Counted from the first letter of the stretch, positions 18,870 to 28,710 are shown. The stretch is DNA of 64,000 bases from Dehalococcoidia bacterium (GCA_034431195.1 DAOUDP010000025.1:20220-84219), one strand, 5' to 3'. Translations and numbers: made by a program. Notes: generated from the sequence alone by a model not told the origin.

Positions 18870-20026
18870 AGAGCTTCTTAGGTTATGAACGGGCTGATGG
18901 TTCTGTAGGGATAAGAAACTACCTCGCTGTTATTCCCTCGGTAGCCTGTGCTAATGGAGTGGTTAATCAAATTGCCAACGAAGTGGAAGGGGCAATCCCT
19001 ATTACCCATGGTTATGGCTGTGGAGCAGGACCAAGTGACCTGGTAATTACCTCCAACACGTTAAGTGGCATCGGGAGGAACCCAAATGTGGGGGCGGTGC
19101 TAGCAATCGGGCTGGGATGTGAGGTTGTGAATGTAGATAGTCTAGCAAATTCGATAGCTGAGAGAGGAAAACCAGTTGAACATCTTTTAATTCAGGAATA
19201 TGGTGGCTCACAGAAGACGATGGAGAAAGGAATAGAGATTGCTAGAAAGATGTCGGGGAGGCTCTCTAACCAAGCTAGGGTAGAGGTGCCTTTTGATAAA
19301 CTGGTGATAGGTCTTGAATGTGGTGGCTCTGATGCTTTTTCCGGGGTAACCGCTAACCCTTGTGTTGGTGCGGTATCAGATTGGCTTGTGGAGAGGGGAT
19401 GTACGGTTATTCTTTCCGAGACCACTGAGATGATTGGAGCAGAGCACGTCCTTGAGCGACGCGCAATGAATGAAGAAGTGAGACGAAGAATTGCCGAGAT
19501 TGTGACCCGCATGGAGCAAGCAACCAGGGATGTCTTGGGACCCTTAGCAGGAATGGTCATTGCTCCGGGAAACATAGATGGGGGGATAAGCACAATAGCA
19601 GAAAAATCGCTTGGCTGTATCAGAAAAGGAGGAACTTCCCCGATTGTGGAGGTTTTGGAATATGCCCAGGCTCCAACCAAGAAAGGCTTGGTAATCATGG
19701 ATACACCGGGATATGATGTGGAATCCATAAGCGCCTTATCAGCAGGGGGAGCTCAGCTTATTCTATTTACTACCGGTCGAGGAACACCAGCAGGGTCACC
19801 TATTTCCCCCACAATAAAGATTGCCAGCAATAGCGAAACTTATCATAAGATGAAGGATGATATAGATATTAACGCTGGTACAATCATAGATGGGGATGAG
19901 AGTATTGCTGAAGTGAGAGACGAAATTGTCCAGTTTATTGAGAAGGTTACCGAAGGAAAGAAACCCAAGGCTGAACTAAACAAACAGGCTGTTTTTGGCA
20001 TACTAAAAGCAGCCATATCTTTTTAG
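18866..20026 (+). CDS. UxaA/GarD/SuyB family dehydratase large subunit
   Basis: GYERADGSVGIRN, HGYGC, GLGCE, GLECGGSD..SG, SETTE, GN..GG..TI.EKSLG, FTTGRGTP; ATGA coupling. Confidence 0.9.
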   Translation: MKSFLGYERADGSVGIRNYLAVIPSVACANGVVNQIANEVEGAIPITHGYGCGAGPSDLVITSNTLSGIGRNPNVGAVLAIGLGCEVVNVDSLANSIAERGKPVEHLLIQEYGGSQKTMEKGIEIARKMSGRLSNQARVEVPFDKLVIGLECGGSDAFSGVTANPCVGAVSDWLVERGCTVILSETTEMIGAEHVLERRAMNEEVRRRIAEIVTRMEQATRDVLGPLAGMVIAPGNIDGGISTIAEKSLGCIRKGGTSPIVEVLEYAQAPTKKGLVIMDTPGYDVESISALSAGGAQLILFTTGRGTPAGSPISPTIKIASNSETYHKMKDDIDINAGTIIDGDESIAEVRDEIVQFIEKVTEGKKPKAELNKQAVFGILKAAISF

Positions 20027-20063
20027 TTTCCACGGCGTTAATAAAAATGAGCGGGAGGTTAAT

Positions 20064-21455
20064 ATGAAGTATAACAAGGTTACCGATGAAACTATCCGAA
20101 AGCTCAAGGACATAGTTAGGGATGAGAATATCCTTTCAGAACATCTCGCGGATTATGGGCATGACGAAACATATTTGTTGGATTGGGCACTTCCTGAAGT
20201 TGTTGTGAAACCGAAAAACAAAACAGAGGTGTCTGAGATATTGAAACTCGCTAACCGGGAGATAATTCCTGTTACTGCCAGGGGTGGTGGGACAGGACTG
20301 TCCGGTGGCGCAGTTCCTATTTACGGTGGAATTGTCCTTTCACTGGAGCGAATGAATAAAATCCTGGAAATAGATGAGGACAACTTTTTGGCTGTAGTCG
20401 AGCCCGGCGTCATCTTGGCTGAGTTATATAAAGCTGTGGAGGATAGAGGGCTTTACTATCCTGTCTATCCTGAAGAGGAGAGTGCTACCATCGGGGGGAA
20501 TGTAGCAACGAATGCTGCCGGTATGAAGGCAGTGAAATATGGTGTCACCAGGAATTATATCATGGGATTGGAAGCTGTACTTCCAAGTGGTGCAGTGATA
20601 GAGACAGGTGGGAAATATGTAAAGAATTCCACTGGCTATAATCTGACTCAACTTCTGGTAGGCTCTGAGGGAACCCTGGCCGTGGTAACCAGGATTATAC
20701 TGAAGTTAATCAAGAGGCCAAAGAACAGATGTTATCTGATTCCGACTTTTGAGACGCTTGAAGGTGCAATAGGCACTGTTCCAAAGATGCTCAAAGAAGG
20801 CATAGTCCCGGTTGCCATTGAATTCATGTTAGCCGCTGCCATGCAGCTGTGCCAGAATTATACGGGGATAAAACTTCCCATTCCAGAAGCAGAAAATTAC
20901 CTTATTATAATTATTGAATCGGATAGTGAATTGGAATTGAAGAATCTTACCGAGCGAGTTAACGCTATCTGCTTAGATAATGGTGCCTCCGATGTTTTCA
21001 TCGTGGACACGGAGAGAGATATGAAAAAGGTGTCCGATGTCAGGGCAAAACTGGGTTTTGCCGTGAAAGAGTTAGGATTAGTAGATATGGGAGATGCTGT
21101 GGTTCCGAGGAGTAAGATTCCTGAATTCATGAACATGTTGGCTGAAATAACGCAGAAGCATGGTATTCTGGTAAGCGGTAGCGGGCACGCTGGTGACGGG
21201 AATGTGCACTTTAGCGTCATCGCCTTTGGTACGCCAAAGGAGGAATTCAACCGTAAGTTGCCTGAAATTTTGAAGGATGTATTTAGAGGAAGTGTATCGC
21301 TAGGAGGCACCATCTCTGGCGAGCACGGAATTGGCGTTGTCAAGAAGAAATATGTGCCCATTGCGATAAAACAAGAGCAGATAGAGCTTATGGGGAAGAT
21401 AAAAAGAGTTTTTGATCCAAACTACATCCTAAACCCGGGGAAGATTTTTGATTAG
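20064..21455 (+). CDS. FAD-linked 2-hydroxyacid dehydrogenase (GlcD/D-lactate dehydrogenase-like)
   Basis: RGGGTGLSGG, ATIGGNVATNAAG, GSEGTL, GHAGDGNVH, SGEHGIG, LNPGKIF. Confidence 0.9.
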   Translation: MKYNKVTDETIRKLKDIVRDENILSEHLADYGHDETYLLDWALPEVVVKPKNKTEVSEILKLANREIIPVTARGGGTGLSGGAVPIYGGIVLSLERMNKILEIDEDNFLAVVEPGVILAELYKAVEDRGLYYPVYPEEESATIGGNVATNAAGMKAVKYGVTRNYIMGLEAVLPSGAVIETGGKYVKNSTGYNLTQLLVGSEGTLAVVTRIILKLIKRPKNRCYLIPTFETLEGAIGTVPKMLKEGIVPVAIEFMLAAAMQLCQNYTGIKLPIPEAENYLIIIIESDSELELKNLTERVNAICLDNGASDVFIVDTERDMKKVSDVRAKLGFAVKELGLVDMGDAVVPRSKIPEFMNMLAEITQKHGILVSGSGHAGDGNVHFSVIAFGTPKEEFNRKLPEILKDVFRGSVSLGGTISGEHGIGVVKKKYVPIAIKQEQIELMGKIKRVFDPNYILNPGKIFD

Positions 21456-21459
21456 CAGG

Positions 21460-22116
21460 ATGATTTTAGGTGTTGATGAGGCAGGTAGAGGCTGCGTGAT
21501 TGGTCCGCTGGTTATCTGTGGTGTGCTGGCAAGCGAGGAAACCATAGGGCGGTTTAGGGAAATAAAGGTTCGAGATTCCAAGCAATTAAGCCGAAAAAAG
21601 CGAGAGCAACTGGGTCCTGAGATAGTGAGCCTTGCGGAAGATTTCATGCTCATCAAGATAAGTCCCGTTGAAATAGATAAATGGTTACGTGTGCCAGGTC
21701 TTAATTCATTAGAGGCACGGAAAACTGCCGAAATAATTTCTCGTTTAAAGCCGCTGGTCGCCTACATTGATGCTCCCGGTAAGGGTGCGCGTGGCTATGC
21801 AAGGTTAATTAACTCAGCAATTCAAGGTGGGACTCAGATCATAGCGGAGAATTTTGCCGACCGGAATTATCCTGTGGTGAGCGCTGCCTCTATACTGGCT
21901 AAAGTTCATAGGGATAAGGTGATACGGGAACTACATGTTGAATATGGTGACTTTGGCTCCGGTTACCCCTCGGATAGGAAAACAAGGGAATTCCTCACAC
22001 AATATTATCATCGGGAGGGAAAGTTCCCCGACATAGTTAGAACCAGATGGGCAACGGTTACAAGGATAACTGGTCCTAGGCAAGCTGATCTGGAAAGTTC
22101 GTCCGTTCAGAATTAG
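21460..22116 (+). CDS. rnhB: Ribonuclease HII, archaeal-type
   Basis: GVDEAGRG, RDSKQL, YIDA, AD..YPVVSAASILAKV.RD, YGDFGSGYPSD; ATG at 21460. Confidence 0.9.
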   Translation: MILGVDEAGRGCVIGPLVICGVLASEETIGRFREIKVRDSKQLSRKKREQLGPEIVSLAEDFMLIKISPVEIDKWLRVPGLNSLEARKTAEIISRLKPLVAYIDAPGKGARGYARLINSAIQGGTQIIAENFADRNYPVVSAASILAKVHRDKVIRELHVEYGDFGSGYPSDRKTREFLTQYYHREGKFPDIVRTRWATVTRITGPRQADLESSSVQN

Positions 22117-22892
22117 GCAAGGATGAATTCTTTGATTGCTTTGAAGTAACGCTCCATTCCCACTAGCATTATATCGTTGTGCTCAGCATCGGGGATAATA
22201 ACCAGGTTCTTGTTGCTCGAGGCTGCATTTTCAAACAAGGCTTTGCCTTCAGTCGGGGGGATAAGGCTATCATATTCGCCATGGATAATGAGCGTTGGTA
22301 TGGTAATGGTTCGAATCTTAGTGAGGTTGGGGAATTCGGCGTCCTTTAGTCCCAAGGATTCGGTGGGAAGTCCCAGGTGCAGAAGAAGGTTAATGACACT
22401 GGCGAAGCCGCTCTCGATTACCAGTCCTTTTAGTTGCTCCTGGTGGTGATAGACTATTTCGATGGCAGGAGCGCTTCCTAAGGAGCGACCCATCACAAAG
22501 ATGTCGTTGCTATAGTGGTTTTCGTTCAGGATGTCTACGAATGCCTTAAATATCGCCGGGGCATCTGAAATCATATTGCTGAAGGTAGGTCTTCCCCGGC
22601 TTGCGCCATAGCCTCGATAGTCTGCCACGAATAGGTTAATGCCAAGTTGGTTATATATCGGGGCGATGTGGTCATAGTCGCTGACCACTTCACCATTGCC
22701 ATGAAAATAGATGAAAGAGGGTGCTCTCTGGTTATAAACATAAAAGCGGCAGGAAATGGAGACATCCTTATCTATGGGAATGAGATAGTCGCTCGCATTA
22801 GCGGGAGCTTTAGTAACATCTTTCCTGGGGAAAAAGATGAAGGAAAGGACTTCTGGCTGGTCCAGGATGGAATAATCAACTTGCTCCGGCAT
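22113..22892 (-). CDS. Alpha/beta hydrolase (ABHD13/BEM46-like)
   Basis: FHGNGE, DYRGYG, GRSLG nucleophile Ser, IHGEYD, AEHND. Confidence 0.88.
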   Translation of the reverse strand: MPEQVDYSILDQPEVLSFIFFPRKDVTKAPANASDYLIPIDKDVSISCRFYVYNQRAPSFIYFHGNGEVVSDYDHIAPIYNQLGINLFVADYRGYGASRGRPTFSNMISDAPAIFKAFVDILNENHYSNDIFVMGRSLGSAPAIEIVYHHQEQLKGLVIESGFASVINLLLHLGLPTESLGLKDAEFPNLTKIRTITIPTLIIHGEYDSLIPPTEGKALFENAASSNKNLVIIPDAEHNDIMLVGMERYFKAIKEFILA

Positions 22893-22970
22893 GTTTCTTC
22901 CAGGTTGATTTTAGCATGTAGTTGCAACATAAATCCAAACAGGACGGTTTATCAGGAGGCAGAATGGAAG

Positions 22971-23002
22971 GCTTCTATTTGAGGTTGGGTGAAGGTATAA
23001 TT
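22971..23002 (+). promoter_or_regulatory. Putative sigma70-type promoter, copy 1
   Basis: TTCTAT-N17-TATAAT upstream of hbd; 29/32 identical to 23932-23963. Confidence 0.55.
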
Positions 23003-23059
23003 CGGAACTATTCCAGAATTATAGGGACTATAATAAGTTGAATTAAAGGAGGAAACAGT

Positions 23060-23911
23060 ATGGAAATTAAGAAGGTGGGAGTGGTTGGTTGTGGGTTTAT
23101 GGGTTCCGGTATTACTCAGGTCTGCGCTCAATCGGGGTATCAGGTAGTAGTATCAGAAATAAATGATGAGCTTTTGAATAAAGGGCTGACAACGATTGAT
23201 TATTATCTGACTAGAAGCGTGCTGAAGGGCAAGATATCTGAGCAGGATAAGGATTCTGCCCTAGCTCGTATCAAAGGCACTACTAACAGCAAAGACTTCA
23301 GCGACTGTGATCTGGTGATAGAAGTTGTTCCTGAAAATATTGATTTAAAGAAAGAGGTATTCGCCAAGATTGATAAGATATGCCCTGAGCATACCATCCT
23401 GGCTAGCAATACCTCTTGTATATCTATTTTTGAGTTAGCTAAGGCAACCAACAGGCCTGAAAAGGTATTAGGCATGCACTTCCTTTCGCCTGTACCACCC
23501 AGCAAGTTACTGGAGATTGTCAGGTCTGCTGCCACTAGCGATGAGACCCTTGAGAGCGGCAAGAAGTTTGGTGAATCCTTGGGGAAGGACGTCATTGTTG
23601 CCAAAGATGTCCCACCGTTTATTTTCAATCGTCTGTTGATGGCCTTGGCAGGCACAGCCGTCAAGATGCTGGAAGATGGCATTGCCACCAAAGAGGATAT
23701 TGATAAAAGTATGACGTTGGGGTTGAGTCATCCCATAGGGCCAATAGCTCTATTAGACTTTAATGGTATCGATGTTGCCTATAAGGTGTCGCAGGCTATG
23801 TATGAGCAAACTAAGGACCCTCAATATGCTCCATCTGCTTTGATAAAAAAGATGGTTGAGACCGGACGGCTGGGACGTAAGGTGGGGAAGGGATTCTATG
23901 ACTACAAGTGA
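23060..23911 (+). CDS. hbd: 3-hydroxybutyryl-CoA dehydrogenase
   Basis: GCGFMGSGI, EVVPE, ASNTS, GMHF, HPIGP, GRLGRKVGKGFY; AAGGAGG RBS. Confidence 0.88.
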   Translation: MEIKKVGVVGCGFMGSGITQVCAQSGYQVVVSEINDELLNKGLTTIDYYLTRSVLKGKISEQDKDSALARIKGTTNSKDFSDCDLVIEVVPENIDLKKEVFAKIDKICPEHTILASNTSCISIFELAKATNRPEKVLGMHFLSPVPPSKLLEIVRSAATSDETLESGKKFGESLGKDVIVAKDVPPFIFNRLLMALAGTAVKMLEDGIATKEDIDKSMTLGLSHPIGPIALLDFNGIDVAYKVSQAMYEQTKDPQYAPSALIKKMVETGRLGRKVGKGFYDYK

Positions 23912-23931
23912 AATTCTTGGCGCTTGGGGGA

Positions 23932-23963
23932 GCTTCTATTTGAGGTTAGTTGAAGGCATAATT
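23932..23963 (+). promoter_or_regulatory. Putative promoter, copy 2
   Basis: TTCTAT-N17-CATAAT upstream of the 4Fe-4S gene; near-identical to 22971-23002. Confidence 0.5.
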
Positions 23964-24072
23964 GAGATAGAGCAAGCCGAGCCAGCGAACTTGCGGAAGT
24001 ACTGAAGCGAATTTGTCTAATGGACTTGAAAACCTATGAGATTTAGCCCAAGCGTGAGAACGGAGGAATTTT

Positions 24073-24990
24073 ATGAAAGCCGCTACTAAAGAATTTCTTA
24101 AGATGGCTGGGGGGTGGAGGCGTTTAGACCGGGCTTTGCATGGCTATGTCTATTATGTTCACTATGATGGGTATGTCAGAGTTGTTCTGAGGCTTGGCAG
24201 ATGGCTTGTAAAACATTTTCCACGCTCTAGATTTTTAAGAACGGCGTATGATTACCTCTTCAATAGATATCACGCCAAGATTCTGAGAGAGGAAGATGCA
24301 AAGAAATTCGTTATGCTCCATAGGGATATTCATGCGGACCCATCAATTGCTGAACAGATTATTCCTTTTAAAATTGCAAATAAAATCGTTCTCGAAAATC
24401 CCGAATACATAGCAGTCACCGATTGCCCCTGTCGTCTGGAGAAGAACCCTGCTTATCTAAAAGAGCATAATGATCTGCCAGTCAATGTCTGTGTAGCGAT
24501 TGGTAAGACCACCGTAAATTTTTGGCTTGAGAAAATACCACAGCGACATACAAGAAGTATCACCAGCGAGGAAGCTCTGCAAATCATTGCCGATGGGCAC
24601 AAAAAAGGTTGGATTAACACCATTTGGCTTAAAGATGCCACTGGCGGTAGAACGGGCATTTTATGCAACTGTTCCAAATGGTCTTGTGGAGGAATTGAAG
24701 CTATGAAGCTGGCGGGGCTGTTAAAACGAACAGGACCAAAATCCCCCAATATACTTATTCCCTCTGGTTATGTGGCCAGGCTGGATGAGAAGAAGTGTAT
24801 CGGCTGTGGAACATGCGTTGAAGTCTGCCCGTTTGATGCCTGTAAACTCAATCCGGATACACAGAAAGCGGAAACAGTCTATGACAAGTGTATGGGCTGT
24901 GGTGCTTGTGTAGATTTCTGTAAAGGAGAAGCGAGAGAGCTGGTGTTGGATCCCAACAAGGGCATACCATTAGACCTTGATAAACTTTAA
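24073..24990 (+). CDS. 4Fe-4S dicluster protein with additional Cys-rich domain
   Basis: DCPCR, VCVAIG, CNCSKWSC, CIGCGTCVEVCP, CMGCGACVDFC. Confidence 0.85.
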   Translation: MKAATKEFLKMAGGWRRLDRALHGYVYYVHYDGYVRVVLRLGRWLVKHFPRSRFLRTAYDYLFNRYHAKILREEDAKKFVMLHRDIHADPSIAEQIIPFKIANKIVLENPEYIAVTDCPCRLEKNPAYLKEHNDLPVNVCVAIGKTTVNFWLEKIPQRHTRSITSEEALQIIADGHKKGWINTIWLKDATGGRTGILCNCSKWSCGGIEAMKLAGLLKRTGPKSPNILIPSGYVARLDEKKCIGCGTCVEVCPFDACKLNPDTQKAETVYDKCMGCGACVDFCKGEARELVLDPNKGIPLDLDKL

Positions 24991-25111
24991 GCTCTGTCAA
25001 ATCTTTGTCTATCTAGGCGGACACGATTTTGTCAGGGGAGAATAACTGAGGCTGTATGGAAGGCGGCACAAGCAGTTGGTATGGCTTTGTTGGAAAGACT
25101 GGGATGGCCGT

Positions 25112-26272
25112 TCACAGGGGTTCCGCTACAACTTGGGAAATATCCTTGACGGCTAGCTTGCCTTCTAGATCCTCCACTTTTATGGCATCCCGGAGCATGG
25201 TCATGCAACTGGGACAAGCAACTGCCAGGATATCAGCTCCAGTTTCGTAAGCTTCTCTAACTCTAATCCTGCTGGGACTTTCTTCGCTTCCCGCCAGGAG
25301 ATCGGTAACAAAATTACCGCTCCCCCCACCACAGCAGAAAGAATTTTCCCTGCTCCGTTCCATTTCCACTAGTTCAATTCCGGGGATGCTTTGCAAAATT
25401 TCCCGCGGCTCATCGTATATTTGGTTATACCTTCCCAGGAAGCAAGGGTCATGATAAGTGACTTTAGCGTTGTGCTTGGATGGTTTTATTTTATTTGACC
25501 AAAGCGAAGCACGCAGGAGCTGAGTGTAATGATATACCTCAAAATATGTGTTACTGACTAGTGGATAATTATTTCTGATCGTGTTATAGGCATGCGGCGA
25601 AAGTGTAACTACCTTTTTGACACCGAGCTCTTTGAACTTCTGGACATTCTTCTCAGCCAGCACTCGAAATAGCTCATTTTCTCCAAGCAGATATACTTCG
25701 TTCCCACAACAATTCTCTTCATTGCCAAGGATTCCAAAAGATATTCCTGCTTTACTCAGTAGCGTGGCAACGCTCCTGGCCATTCTTTGTCCAGATTCAT
25801 CATATGAGCCGAGACATCCCACATACAACAGATATTCATCACCTGTTTCATATCTTTTTATTCCATTTGCCCAGGCATCTCTTCTACCCCTCTCCTTCAA
25901 TGGATTTCCAAGCCGGTAAACATCCTCTAGAAAACTGGAGACAGCGGGCGGTATCCTGCCTTTTTCTTTCTCTATCACGTCGCTTCTGGCAGCCACTATC
26001 CAATCGACGATGTCGCTGGCAAACTTCATTGGACATTGTTCCACGCAGTTCTTACATGTTGTGCAGGAGTACAAAATCTCGGCCAGGTGTTCTGACCACT
26101 CAACTTCACCCTTTAGCCATGCATAAATGAGCCATAGTCTGCCACTGGTGGAATAGGTGTCAAAGCGGAACCTGGCGTAAGAAGGACAGTTAAAATCTGA
26201 ATAGTCCGTGGGGAATTTACAATATCCGCATCTAAAGCATCTATGGATTTGCTCAGCATATTGCTTCATCAT
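25112..26272 (-). CDS. (Fe-S)-binding CCG-domain oxidoreductase (GlcF/HdrD-like)
   Basis: CFRCGYC..CP, CTTCKNCVEQCP, CCG, YHDPC.LGR, CCGGG, ACPSC; ATGA overlap at 26272. Confidence 0.9.
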   Translation of the reverse strand: MMKQYAEQIHRCFRCGYCKFPTDYSDFNCPSYARFRFDTYSTSGRLWLIYAWLKGEVEWSEHLAEILYSCTTCKNCVEQCPMKFASDIVDWIVAARSDVIEKEKGRIPPAVSSFLEDVYRLGNPLKERGRRDAWANGIKRYETGDEYLLYVGCLGSYDESGQRMARSVATLLSKAGISFGILGNEENCCGNEVYLLGENELFRVLAEKNVQKFKELGVKKVVTLSPHAYNTIRNNYPLVSNTYFEVYHYTQLLRASLWSNKIKPSKHNAKVTYHDPCFLGRYNQIYDEPREILQSIPGIELVEMERSRENSFCCGGGSGNFVTDLLAGSEESPSRIRVREAYETGADILAVACPSCMTMLRDAIKVEDLEGKLAVKDISQVVAEPL

Positions 26273-27654
26273 GCTGACATGTCCCAATTTCCTGGATTCA
26301 TAATTCCGTTAGGGTCTAATAGCTGCTTTATCTTTTTCATGATCTTCAGCGTATTAGGGTTCATCCTTTCCACTATCATTTTCTGTTCACCCACGTTTGG
26401 CTTCCACATGATCCCTCCTTGCTCTATGGAGAACTCGGCTGCTTCGTGCAGGGCTTTCCTGACCCTATCCATCTCATCAGGGTCAGCCCGATTGAATGTA
26501 AAAGCAAAGGCAAACATCATGCAGTGCCCCCCGGCAATAACTCGCCCTACGGTAGAATAAGAGAGGTTGTATTTTGAAGCAAGCTCTACCGTTTTTGTAA
26601 CAAATGTGGGGTACTTGTCGATCGGGATAATCGGTCCGCTGTATTCAAATCCACCCCCCTTTCTCACATCGGCAAATCTGGTGGTGTCCTTTGATGGCAT
26701 AGCCAGATAAGGTGGCTTCATGATTGGTGGGAGACTCATGAATCCCCCATCTCTGCTGTCAAAGTACTCCCAAAGCGTATCCCATAACATCTTCCTCTTG
26801 AATTCCAGCTCTTCATCCGAGTCGCCGGTTATATATATCAGCATGTTATAATTTTCTCTCAACATTAGCGGTAATGGCTGAAAATTGACCACTATGTCTT
26901 CTACCATTTCGGTATCGCTGAGTTTGAGCACGATGTTGGCAACCAGCTCCCCTCTATCAATTAAGAATAGCATAACGTCTCTCATTTTCTTGCAGGGATA
27001 AAGCCTCAGGGCTAACTTGGTGATGATGCCTGTGGTGCCGAACCATCCTAGAAAGAGTCCAGTCAGGTCAGGCAGCGGAGCCCCTTTTGAAAACCAGTAG
27101 GGGGATACGGAACACGAGCCAATTCGGCAAATCTCACCCGTGGGCAACACCACTTCTAGACCACTGACGAGGTCAGAATTAAAGCCGTATTGCTGTGCCA
27201 GACGCCCTTGACCATGTATTACTGCGTTACCCACTATTGTGGCTATTGGTGGTGAGTCAGGTATACTGTGCCTTAAGTGGGGATAACGCTTTTCCAGATA
27301 GCTTTTGAGCACACCATGTGTAGTGCCAGCTTCAACAATGACGTATCTGGCTTTCTCATTTACCTCTAGTATCTTTCCCATTCTTTTCGTATCTATTACA
27401 ATTCCGCCCCTCTGAGGAACGACCAGGCCGGTTAATGCCAGACCTCCTCCCTTTGGAACTATTGGTATTTTCTCTTTATTTGCCAGTTTGACTATCTCTT
27501 GCACTTCCTCGGTTGTCTTTGGCATCACTACATAGTCTGGTTCATGTGGTGTGGTTAATCCAGGATCTCGGCTGTAGAAATAACGCTCCTCTTTCTGGTT
27601 TGAAACATACCTCTCTCCAACTATGCCAACAAGGCGCTCATAAATATTAGTCAT
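26269..27654 (-). CDS. FAD-binding oxidoreductase (GlcD-like)
   Basis: PKGGGL, ATIVGNA..HG.G, VLPTGE, GTTGIITK, DPNGIMNPG; GGAGG RBS at 27654. Confidence 0.88.
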   Translation of the reverse strand: MTNIYERLVGIVGERYVSNQKEERYFYSRDPGLTTPHEPDYVVMPKTTEEVQEIVKLANKEKIPIVPKGGGLALTGLVVPQRGGIVIDTKRMGKILEVNEKARYVIVEAGTTHGVLKSYLEKRYPHLRHSIPDSPPIATIVGNAVIHGQGRLAQQYGFNSDLVSGLEVVLPTGEICRIGSCSVSPYWFSKGAPLPDLTGLFLGWFGTTGIITKLALRLYPCKKMRDVMLFLIDRGELVANIVLKLSDTEMVEDIVVNFQPLPLMLRENYNMLIYITGDSDEELEFKRKMLWDTLWEYFDSRDGGFMSLPPIMKPPYLAMPSKDTTRFADVRKGGGFEYSGPIIPIDKYPTFVTKTVELASKYNLSYSTVGRVIAGGHCMMFAFAFTFNRADPDEMDRVRKALHEAAEFSIEQGGIMWKPNVGEQKMIVERMNPNTLKIMKKIKQLLDPNGIMNPGNWDMSA

Positions 27655-27658
27655 AGCC

Positions 27659-28687
27659 TCACGCCTCCAATGCTGGCTTTTCGCCAATTGCCATTTTGCA
27701 TAAGTCGATCATATGGATTGGCTTTATCCCGCTTTTGGCAACTTTTTCATCTATATTTAACTGACACATGGGGCAGTTGAACACGCAGTATTCGGCTTCA
27801 GCTTTTAGCATGTCCTCTATGTTTCTCTTTTGCACATCGTCTGCCAGCTTATAGCCTTGGCCCATCCTGATAACCTCGGCACAGCAGAGAGCGTTCTCGC
27901 GGTCGTATTCTCTTTCAATTCTATCAGCTCCTACTAGCTTAAATATGTCGTCCACAAAGTGCTCTGTCTGGGGGCTGAGGCGGGTGGAACAGTTTCGCAA
28001 GTAGGCCACCTTAACATTCAGTGGCTTTATTTCACCCTTAAGTTCCTTCAGCTTATCGTATAGATATTCGAAGTAATGAGTGGTCTTAAATGGCACTTCG
28101 ATGTCGTAGGCTGGTGCCAGTGAGTTAAATGTGCCGTAACATTCATCGTGGAGACATATGAGTTCCTTGATCCCCAGCTTTGCGATATTTTCTATTACTT
28201 TGGGAAGTCTGTCTTTTATTACTGACATTCTGGCGTAATGCAGGTAAACAGCATTGCAGAAAAACTCCTGACCGTAAATATAGGACGAGGCGATACCTTC
28301 AAAAAGCCTTCCTGTAGCCAGGAATGCAAATTGAGGAATAAAGCAGCATGATAATGCCCTCTCCTCGACTTTGCCTATTCGGAACTTTCCTACAGGTTGA
28401 CATTGGTTAATCCACATTCTGATGATGGGCTTGGGGGCAGGTAATATGCCCTTTTCTTCCTGACGCTCAACGATCAAGTAAAATGGATGATTTCCCATCT
28501 TACAGTATTCTTCACAGGCATAGCATGTGACGCAGTCATGTAGCACAAAAGAATCTTCACCATTGATTATCTTTTGCATCTCTGTCTTTGCCTTGTCCTT
28601 GTCTAGGTGCAGATATTGGCATTTGACAAGGCAATCCTGAGTCTTACAGACAGTGCATTTCGCTGGATCAAAATTCAATTGAAGCAC
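27659..28687 (-). CDS. (Fe-S)-binding CCG-domain protein
   Basis: CTVC...CLVKC, CVTCYACEEYC, CLHDEC, LRNCS, CCAE, NCPMC. Confidence 0.85.
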   Translation of the reverse strand: MLQLNFDPAKCTVCKTQDCLVKCQYLHLDKDKAKTEMQKIINGEDSFVLHDCVTCYACEEYCKMGNHPFYLIVERQEEKGILPAPKPIIRMWINQCQPVGKFRIGKVEERALSCCFIPQFAFLATGRLFEGIASSYIYGQEFFCNAVYLHYARMSVIKDRLPKVIENIAKLGIKELICLHDECYGTFNSLAPAYDIEVPFKTTHYFEYLYDKLKELKGEIKPLNVKVAYLRNCSTRLSPQTEHFVDDIFKLVGADRIEREYDRENALCCAEVIRMGQGYKLADDVQKRNIEDMLKAEAEYCVFNCPMCQLNIDEKVAKSGIKPIHMIDLCKMAIGEKPALEA

Positions 28688-28710
28688 CTTATTTTATTGT
28701 CCCTAAAGGT

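Noticed and set aside
25032-25110. Coding-like fragment EAVWKAAQAVGMALLERLGW (PaREP1/HEPN-like?)
   Set aside because: Too short, no start codon, and the resemblance is not convincing without a search
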